Assembly (NCBI RefSeq): GCF_009914755.1
Contig: NC_060926.1
DNA: 64,000 nt
Reading direction: 5' to 3' (one strand)
DNA from: the human T2T-CHM13v2.0 reference genome, Homo sapiens
The notes beneath the pieces are model-generated. The model saw only the letters and a program-made list of their open reading frames with translations, did not search any database and was not told the DNA's origin. A program made the position numbers and the translations under genes. This document shows, in pieces, positions 52,158 through 64,000 of this stretch. The number at the start of each line of letters is the position of its first letter. Position 1 is the first letter of the stretch.

Positions 52158-52440
52158 AGAGGTTGAGGCAGGAGGATTTGTTGAAGCCAGGAGTTCAAGA
52201 CCAGCCTGGTCAATGTAGCAAGACCCCATCTTTACAAATATATATATATATTTTTTTAAATTAACCAGGCATGGTGGTGTGTGCCTGTTGTCCTAGCTAC
52301 TCAGGAGGCTGAGACAGGAGGATCTCTTTAGCTCAGGAGTTTGAGGTTGCAGTGGGCTATGACTGCACCACTATACTCCAGCCTGGGCAACAGACTGAGA
52401 CTCTAGCTCAAAAAAACAAGAAAAAAAAAAAACAAAACAA
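52158..52440 (+). mobile_element. 5'-truncated AluJ-like
   Basis: Alu sequence with A-tail. Confidence 0.88.
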
Positions 52441-52552
52441 ACATATATATATATGTGTGTATATATATGTGTGTGTGTATATATACATATATACATGTGT
52501 GTATATATATATACACGTGTATATATATATATACACACATACACATATATAT
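52441..52552. repeat. (TA)n/(TG)n/(CA)n microsatellite
   Basis: Direct reading. Confidence 0.95.
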
Positions 52553-54420
52553 AGTACACTAAAAATTAGTCACAAAAGAAGGTAGTAGTGGAAGAATTGA
52601 GAAACAAAAAGTTTAATACACCCAAAAAACAAATAGCAAAATTGCAGACATAAGTATTTTCTTAGTAGTAATTATTTACATGTAAATGAATTTAAAATTT
52701 CCAATGAAAAGCAAACTTTGGCAAAACAGATTTTTAAAATGATACAACTATATGCTCTCCACAAGAAACTCACTTTAAATCTAAAGACACTTATAGGTTG
52801 AAAATGAAAGGATGGGGAAAGGTATTACATAAAAATAGTAACCAAAAGAGAGCAAGGGTGGCTATACTTATATCAGACAAAATAGACTTTAAGATAAAAA
52901 CTATTATGAGACAAAGAAAGAGATTATATATTGATAAAATAGTCAATCCATTATGAATATAAAACAATTATAAATATATATGCATCTAATAACAGAGCCC
53001 CAAAATATATGAAGCAAAAATCAACAAAATTGAGTGGAGAAACAGGCAGTTCTACAAAAATAGTTGGAGACTTCAATGCTGCACTTTCAGTAATGGGTAG
53101 AACAGCTAGACAGAAGATTAATGAGGAAATAGAGAACCTGAACAACACTATAAACCAATTAGACCCAACAAGCATATGTAGAACACTCCATCCAACAGCA
53201 ACAGAATATACATTCTTCTCAAGTGCATATGGAACATTCTCCAGTAAAGTTAAAAAGATTAAAATCATACAAAGAATCTTTGTTGACTATAGTGGAATGA
53301 AACTAGAAATCAGTAAAGGAAAGAGAAATGGAAACTTCACAAGTACCTGGAAATTAAACGACACACTCTTAAACAACAAGTGAGTTAAAGAAGAAATTAC
53401 AAGTTAAATCAGAAAATGAGATGAATGATAATTAAACAACACACCAAAACCTATCAGATGCAGTGAAAGCAGTGATAAGAGGGAAATCTATAGCTGTAAA
53501 TGTATATATTCTATATATATGAAAAATTTATATATATAGTATATACATATATATTTTTAAGACCCTAAATCAATAACCTAATTTTATTAGCTTAAGGAAA
53601 CATAGAAAGAAGATAAACTAAACTCTGAGGTACCAGAAGGAAAAAATAATAAAGATTAGAGACAAATGAAATAGAAAATAGTAAAACTATGGAAAATATG
53701 AAGGAAACTAAAAGTTGGTCCTTTGAAAATATCAACAAAATTGAAAAAAAAATTTAGTTAGACTGACCAAGAGAAAAGGAGAGAATACTCAAATTACTAA
53801 AATCAGAGGTACAAGTGGGGAAAAATAGAAAAGCTAATCCTATCACTCATATGAAATTGCAAGGCACCCTCAAATAGCTAAAACAATCTTGAAAAAGAAA
53901 AACAAGGTGGAGGACTCATATTTTCTGATTCAAAACGTATTACAAAGCTACAGTCATCAAAACAGTGTAGTACTGTAATAAAAATAAGCATATAGATCAA
54001 TGGGATAGAAGTAAGGTCCAGAAATAAACAAATTTTCAACAAGGGTGCCAAGAGCATCAGATGGGGAAAGAATAGAGTCTTCAACATACATAAAACAATC
54101 AAGTTGGACCTCTACTTCACACCATACACAAAACTTAATACTAATGAATCAATCAAAGACCTGAATGGAAGAGCAAAAACTATAAAACTCTTAGAAGAAA
54201 ACATAGCGGTGAATCTTCATAACCTTGGATTTGCCACTGGACCCTTAGATATGACACCTAAAGCATACACAACCAAAGAAAAAAATAAATTAAGCGTTAT
54301 CAAAATTTAAAAAGTTTGTGCTTCAAGGGATACCATTAAAAAAGTGAAAAGACAACCTACAGAATGGGAAATATCTGCAAATCATATATCTGATAATATT
54401 CTATTATCCAGAATACATGA

Positions 54421-54813
<393 letters not shown>

Positions 54814-56537
54814 ACAGCCCAATTTTTTAAATGGGTAAATAACTTGAATAGATATTTACCCAAAGAAGATATACAAATAGTCAACAAGCACATGAAAAGA
54901 TGTTCAAAGTCATTAGTCATTAGGGAAACATAAATCAAAACCACAATGAGATACCACTTCATGCCCACTAGGACAACTAGAATAAAAAAGGCGGCCAATA
55001 ACAAGTGTTGGCAAGGACATAGAAAAAGTGAAATCCTTGTACACTGCTAGTGGGAATGTAAAATGGGGAATTTGCTGTGGAAAACAGTTTGGCCGTTCCT
55101 CAAAAAGTGGAACAGAGTGTGACCAAGTGGCCCAGCAATTCCAATATTAGGCAAATAGACAAAACAACTGAAGACAGGTATTCAAAGAAACGCTTCTACG
55201 TGAATGTTCGCAGCAGCATTATTCACAATAGCCAAAAGGTGGAAGCAACCGAGATTTTTGTCTACAGATGAATGTGTAAAGAAAGTTGGCATACCCATAC
55301 AATAGAATAGTATCTCACCATAAAAAGGACTGAAGCATCAATATATGCTACAAGGATGAACTTTGAAATCATTATGTTCAGCGAAAGAAGCCAGACACAA
55401 AAAGTCACACTGTATGGCTCCATTTATGTGAAATATTCAGAACTGGCAAATCCACAGAGATAGAAAGCAAATTAGTGGCTGCCTGGGACTAGGGGAAGGA
55501 GAGACAGAGTGACTGCTTAATGGGTATGGTTTTTTTTTAGGAGACGGAAATATTTTGGAACTAGTCAAAAGTGATGGCTGCACAACATTGTACATGTACT
55601 AAATGTGCACTATTTTCACGTTCTGTGAAACAACATAAAAATAGTTATTTTTAAAATAGTTTAAAATTGTTATTTTTATGTTACGTGAATTTTACCTCAA
55701 TAGAAAAAGCCTGACTTTCAGTTCCCAGCTCACACCTGTGGAAGCAGATTCTCTAGCCTGGGAATCTGAGTGATTTGAAAGATCCCACGTGATTCCACTG
55801 GGCAGCCAGGTCTGGGCTGTGCTCCCTGCAGGGTCGCTGGGGCCCGGAGCACAGTGGGGAGAGCGGAGGTGGGTTTGGGAAGGCAGGGAGGGCCAGCATG
55901 TGGAAGTGGCTGGACTGTGTTCTTCAGCTGCCCTGGCTTCTCCTTCTCTCAGGGAACCAGATTCTCTTCCTCTCTGCTACTCCTCCAGTCCCTCAAAGTC
56001 TCCCATCACTCCTCAAGGGGCTGCTTCTCCCCACAAAGTGTGTGACGTACAGAAACCGACTTCTCTTGACTGCACACCAGCCGCGGGCCTGGGGCTGGGC
56101 TGGGTTGGGCTCTTGGCATGTGTTATTCTATTTAACCCTCCCCACAAACTTCAAAGAAAGTTATTACGATCTCCTCCTACAGCTGAGAAAACTGAGGCTC
56201 AGAAAGGATAAATATTTGCCCAAGGTCACCTGGTTAGAGAGTGAAGAAACCAGACCTGCCTTACGTCAAAACCCAAGCCCCACACCACAGCTCTCCTGCC
56301 AAGGCCTGGGTTCCTGTTTGTTACACTCGGCCAACTGGAGTTTGGAGACTGATCACCTAGGGGCTTCCAGCAGCCTTGTGAGTGCTCACACAGATCAACT
56401 GAGGCCCAGAAAAGTCCCTTGGCTTGCCCAAGTTCCCATGGTGAGCACAGCCTGATTGGCAAAGAAGTGCTGAGAGAATTGAGAGAACGGCAGGTCATTT
56501 ATAACACACTCTCCCCTAAACAACACAGTCACTTTCA

Positions 56538-56826
56538 GGCCAGGAACACTGGCTCACGCCTGTAATCCCAGCACTTTGGGAAGCTGAGGCAGGTGAATCA
56601 CTTGAGCCCGGGAGTTCAAGACCAGCCTGGGCAACATAGGGAGGCCTTGTCTCTACAAATAATTTAAAAAGTAGTCGGATGTAGTGGTGTGTGCCTAGGG
56701 TCCTAGCTACTCAGGAGGCTGAGGTGGGAGGATCGTTTGAACCTAGGAAGTTGAGGCTACAGTGAGCCAAGATCAAACCACTGCACTCCAGCCTGGGGAA
56801 TTGAGCCTGTCTCAAAAAAAAAAAAA
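56538..56826 (+). mobile_element. AluJ-like with TSD TCACTTTCA
   Basis: Dimeric Alu with repeated flank. Confidence 0.92.
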
Positions 56827-57069
56827 TCACTTTCAGTATGGAAAAATATTAACAGCCAGAAAAGAAACACCCCTAGTGAAAAACATATAATGTTCAATTA
56901 TGATTATATATAATCATAGTATATAATATTTATATATTATTTGGTATGTTATATAATAATATACTAATATAATATATTAATATTAACTATATGTTTATAT
57001 ATAATATAATATTTATACATATGATCATTCAGGTAAAGACAATTTTTTAAAAAGTAAAAAGAAAGGAAA

Positions 57070-58320
<1,251 letters not shown>

Positions 58321-60464
58321 AGCTGGCCTCAAATGACCTTTCAGCGTCTTCTGCCCAGGGGGTAAGATGAAAGCAGGGGCCCTTCCTGGTCTTCTAGAAG
58401 CATCAGCTTTCTGAGACTCCTGCTCCCCAGCACAAACCATTCTCAGGACGCCTGGGCTGTCAGTTCAGCTCGTTGCCTCCTCCGCTATTTAAGACCCAGC
58501 TCACCTCCTACCTCCCCAAGATGCCTGACCACCTCCTCCGTCTCCACAACGGGGTGCGTAAGGCCCAGCCGCCTGTGTGCCTTCGAGTCCTGCTGGGCTC
58601 CTTGAGGGTCCTCACTGTCCAGCTCCGGGCCCATGACGGGCATCTTGGGAGGTGCTCGGCGTCTGGCTCTGTTCCCGCCATACCCAGCAGAACGCTGTGG
58701 TCCCTCAGGGCTGCTGAATGAGGGGGCGGAGGCAGCAGGAAGAACAGTCAGCCCTCAATGAGGGCCGCAACCAGGCGATAGGAGGCCACACGACAGCCAG
58801 ACGCCCCATTGGCCTGGCGGCTGCAGTCCAGCCCTTCCGGGTGAGTGGGATTTGCTGCTCACGCCCGCAGCAGCCCCTGAGGCGGGGAGGCGCGGGAGGG
58901 ACTGGAGCCTTCCGCCCGAGTGTTCCCCAGCCTCGTGGCTTGCCCTGCACGGGCATCGCCTCGCCTCAACCCCACAGCAGCCTTTCAGGCCGTCCTGTTT
59001 GGGTGGGTTCAGAGGCGCCTCGTCCTTCCAACCAGCCAGGCACTAAGGGGGCCTCGTAAGGAGGAGCGTAAGGCTCTCAGAACAAGCGGCCGCCCTCAAA
59101 GGGCCTGGAACTCCACAAAGGCAGTGCTTCAGAAGCCTAGCGGCCTCCTGCCAGCTCTTCTGCGGGGAATTCCCCTGCCCTGAGGCGCTCCAGCCTAGCC
59201 CAGTCTGCTTGCACCCTCTGCATATCCCCAGCACAGCTGTTCTGCCTCGAGGCCCCCAGCTAACCAGCAGCTTCTCCTACTGAGGGAATCTGACAGCAGC
59301 CCCTGCCCCCTCCACCCAGCCGTCTCCCTGGTTCACGCTCCTACTGTGCCCAGGCTGCTTGCTTCTAGGGGACTGGGGCCAGACTGGCACAGTAAAGGTC
59401 CCGTCTAATGCAGAGATCTCCTATTCTTCTTACGTCCTTCATTTTACAAATGAGGAGGCTGTGGAGAGGTCTAATGATGTGCACCAGGGCCTGCAGAAAG
59501 CGTTTCTGAGCACGGAGGCTGGGGAGTGAGACCCCTGGAAGGCAGTGGCCCCTTCCTGGCCCGTGCACTGGCCAACTGCTGGGATATACTGCCTGTGGCG
59601 AGACTTATTAAGCTATCTGAAGCCGTGAAGGGAAACCTGCTATGTGTAAATATCAACCAACTGGCAAAATACCTGGAGCGAGATTTTATTTCTGCTGGGC
59701 ATTATTATGGGTATTGATTTGAGAATCTGAAAATTCAATAAAACAGATTAAACCTCCCAAGGAATGAGTATGTGGACCATCAACCCATGTCGCCCTGGGC
59801 GTGAAGTCTTCGTGGGTAGGAAGGAGTCGTCAGGCAGGCATCTGAGTGGGGCATGGGGAACTGGAGGCAGGCTGAGCCGAGCTCAGTGGGAAGCTCCTCC
59901 CCAAAGGGGCTGGCCTCCCAGCTCATCAGCCCAGGCCTGGTCTCTGGGGCCCCCAACACGCACTGAGGATATAGGGGTGACACAAACATGGTCCCTCCTT
60001 CTGCAGGACATCTGGCCTGGCTCCTCAGGAAGCCAGTAGCCTCAGAAAAAAGGGGGTGTTGTGTATTCTAGATACAAGAGATGAAAGAGACCCAGTGACC
60101 AAATGTCAACCTTGATTGAATCTTCGTTCAGAAGAAAAAAACAACTATCAAGGACAGTCCTGGGACAATCTGTGAAATTTGAATATGGCCTGAGTGTTAG
60201 AAGATATTAGAGAAACTATTAATTTTTTAGGTGTGACAATAGTTTTGTAGGAGAATGTCGTTATTATTAGGAGATGCACTCTGGCTGAAGTATTTAAGTG
60301 AAAAATGTCCTTATGTCTACCTCTTACTTTCAAAGGGTCAGTAAAAAAAAATCGATCTGTGTATATATGTTGTCAGAGCAAATAGGGCAAATTATGAACA
60401 ATTGTTGAATCTAGATGGAAGGTTTGCAAGAGTCCATTGTACTATCAACTTTTTTTCTCTGTTT

Positions 60465-60827
<363 letters not shown>

Positions 60828-62052
60828 TAGAAAGATGGAATCCCTATCAAGAGACTCACAGTCTAGAGAGTTTAGTTAAACACACCTACACAAACCAGTA
60901 GGCTTTTCCCTAGGGACACTCTGGTGGAGAGGCCAGGAGCCCCTCCTATAGCAGCTCTCTCTGACTTCAGACACATGACTCCAAGTTTAGGATACCAAAT
61001 AACAGCTTCTATGGGCTGGCTATTCTGTGCTATCTAATAGGCCAGGAGGAAGGGAAGGGACTGTCACCATGTGGCACCAAGGGAGATGCCACAGGGCAGA
61101 GGAGTCCTCTAATGTATAGGCTCTTCCCTATATCCAGGGTTGAGGGTGGCCCTGAGAGTCTTGGTACCAGCCCCTAAGGACCCAGGCCCTGGTTTAGTTG
61201 GCCCTTTGAAGGGCTCCGGGCAACAAGAGAGTAATAGGGTGAGTCCTTGCCCTTAGAACACTAAAAACATCAATTCCTCCCAAAATGCCCCCAGCCGGGA
61301 GAAAATGGCAGTAGACTGAAGTGGAAGGGGCAGGGCAGAGGCAGGGCGTGCTGGGGGCAGATGCGCACCGGGTGGGCTCAGGCTGCTGAGTGCAGGGGTG
61401 TTGGGCTGAGGCTCGTGCTAAATGGGTAGGTGCCTTTTCCATACAGTCTTAGGGGGCTGCTTCCCATTTTGAAGCCGGGAGCATTTTAACACGCTTGTTT
61501 TCATGGAGTTCTTTAAATCCACCCTGAAAAATAAACATTAAACTTGCAGCTTCCAAAAATATTACCAAGCATGATGGAAACAGACATTGGCTCACCCCCA
61601 GGCAGCAGCCTCTTGCCCACGCCCACCCACAAAACAGGGGACAGACGTGAACTGGAAACAGAACCAGACTCAGGGAGAGCCAGGGGAGAAGGGGAACTGT
61701 AAGGGTGAGGTGAGGTCAGAGCGCATAGCTCAGGGATCCCAGAACATTACTGGATGCAGCTGAAAACTCTCGATGCTACAGTTGGCCACAGCTTTGTTAA
61801 TCAATCTGGGTCACAACAATGGTGTCAGGCTCCTTGGAGAGATGGCTGAGGTCAGGGCTTGGGCAGGAAAGCTGCACGCTGTGCCTGGATAACTTGCTAT
61901 GGCAGCAAGTGAGAAAGGGCTCCAGAAAATGAAGGGGCAGGCCAAGGGGACACAGGAGTTTCCTGAAGGAGCTCCTGCTGGCCAGATTTGGGACAACTCG
62001 AGCGCTAAAGCAGTCACAAACCACTAGAAAAATATGAATCCTTGAGTCTATA

Positions 62053-62268
62053 CCAGTGGCTGTCAACTGGAGACAACTTTGGCCCCCAGGGGAGATTTGG
62101 CCATGTCCATAGACATTTTTGGTTGTTAAGTGAGAGGAAGGTATGCTACTGGCATCCAGTGGGAAGAGCCCGGGGATGCTGCCAAACATGCTGCAGTGCA
62201 CAGGACAGTCCCCACAACAGGGAATTCACTGGTCCAAAATGTCACTAGTGCCCAGGTTGAGAAACCCT
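62053..62268. mobile_element. MER20 (hAT-Charlie MITE)
   Basis: cagtgg..tttggcccccagggg..gacatttttggttgt..gctactggcatc..gatgctgccaaacat..ccaaaatgtcactagtgcc..gagaaaccct. Confidence 0.9.
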
Positions 62269-62327
62269 CATTTACAGTAATGGTAAAACTATAAACAGAT
62301 AAGTAACTAAGTGGGAGCTCTTGCTTA

Positions 62328-62729
<402 letters not shown>

Positions 62730-63090
62730 TTATCATCCTAGAGATTGGTTCAGGCAAGAATCATCTGGATCTGGATGCTAAATCCAGGGGATGGATTTGA
62801 GCGAGGAGGAGGCAAATGTGCATGTTCCAAAGTGTCTCCCGCAAAATGCTTATTTGTTGTGAGGGAGGAAAACTCTATAAAGGGGAGAATTGAGACCACA
62901 TCTTAGGGTGATCAAAATTTATGTCACCATGAGAGGCATATGGACAACGTATCCTCCAGATGAAAAGTCCTGAGAAGGATACAAAGTTATTGGTGTAGTA
63001 TTCTAGCCAGAGTTGCAGAAAGCTAATCCTAAAATGAGTACATTCTTTTTATTTAAAGTTCTGTACTTTTTTTTTTTTAATGTCAGCATC

Positions 63091-63408
63091 AGCCAGGTGC
63101 AGTGGCTCACTCGTATAATCCCAGCACTTTGGGAGATCGAGTTGGGGGGATTGCTTGAACCCAGAGTTTGAGATCAGCCTGGGCAACATAGTGAGACCCT
63201 GTCTCTACAAAAAGTAAAAAAAAAATTAGCCAGGAATGGTGGTCCTTGACTGCAGTCTCAGCTACTCGGGGGTGCTGAGGTGGAAGGATCACTTGAGCCT
63301 GGGATGTCGAGGCTGCAGTGAGCTGAGATCATGCCACTGCACTCCAGCCTGGGTGACAGAGTAAGACCCAGTATCAAAAAAAAAAAAAAAAAGAAAAGAA
63401 AAAGAAAA
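63091..63408 (+). mobile_element. AluJ-like within old L1M 3' sequence
   Basis: Dimeric Alu with A-tail. Confidence 0.92.
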
Positions 63409-63750
63409 ATCAACTTTGCAATAGGCAAATAAAAGCTGAGGATATTTTCCAGATAAGAGATAAAGAGATGTGACAACTAAATGCCATATGTGATCCTAGG
63501 CAGGATCCTGTACTGAAGGAAACATGAAGCTATAAAGGGTGGCATTGGGTCAGCTAACAAAATTGGCACATCACAGTAGAGCAATAGGTTAAAGTATTGT
63601 ATCTATTTAAAATTTCCTGATGTTTTTAACTATACTATAGTTATGTAAGAGAAAGCTCTTATTCTTAGGAAATACATGCTAAGGTTTTTAAGGGTAAAGG
63701 ACATGATGTATGGAATTTACTCTCAAATGGTTCAGGGAAAAAAAACTACA

Positions 63751-63889
63751 TGTGAGTATGTGTGTGTGTGTGTGTGTGTGTGTATACATTTGTATGTATA
63801 CGTGTGTGAGTATATACGTGTATGCGTGTATATATGTGTGTATGTGTATGTATACGTGTGTGTATGTAATATAGTGTATGTGTGTATGT
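63751..63889. repeat. (TG)n/(TATG)n microsatellite
   Basis: Direct reading. Confidence 0.93.
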
Positions 63890-64000
63890 AGGCTAAAATA
63901 TCCACATTCTAGTCCTCAAAACTTTTCATGTTACCTTATATGGCAAAAGGGACTTTGCAGATCTGATTAAGTTTAGGATCTTGAGATTGGGAGATTGGGA
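63890..64000. mobile_element. MLT1-type LTR start, truncated by the window edge
   Basis: atgttaccttatatggcaaaagggactttgcagat..gattaag..gatcttgagat. Confidence 0.75.

Noticed and set aside
53009-53383. Endonuclease-like ORF
   Set aside because: Fragment of a dead L1 ORF2 with stops and large deletions.

Overview
Human genomic DNA (Alu, L1, MIR and MaLR repeat landscape). Bases ~1-32.6 kb hold the 3' part of GLI2 (Hedgehog-pathway C2H2 zinc-finger transcription factor) on the + strand. The window opens inside an intron, then shows nine coding exons with canonical AG/GT boundaries and consistent phases (8636-8837, 10315-10528, 11863-11985, 14844/14895-15029, 18354-18503, 22636-22800, 24387-24659, 26194-26530, 28124-30591 stop) and a ~2 kb 3' UTR. 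The N-terminal exons lie upstream of the window. The remaining ~31 kb is intergenic and dense with nested transposons. I see no convincing wholly new gene or system. The strongest signals are: (i) a 1231-nt exitron in the last coding exon that removes the C-terminal activation region without triggering NMD; (ii) a 51-nt alternative acceptor with RBFOX/QKI-type motifs at its branch point; (iii) an unidentified 444-bp mRNA 3'-UTR retrocopy with an 18-bp target-site duplication (TSD); (iv) two short local templated copies; (v) a tandemly duplicated AATAAA in the 3' UTR; (vi) two motif-bearing intronic VNTRs; (vii) candidate enhancers/promoter. Repeat family names and comparisons to reference GLI2 are from memory, not from database searches.
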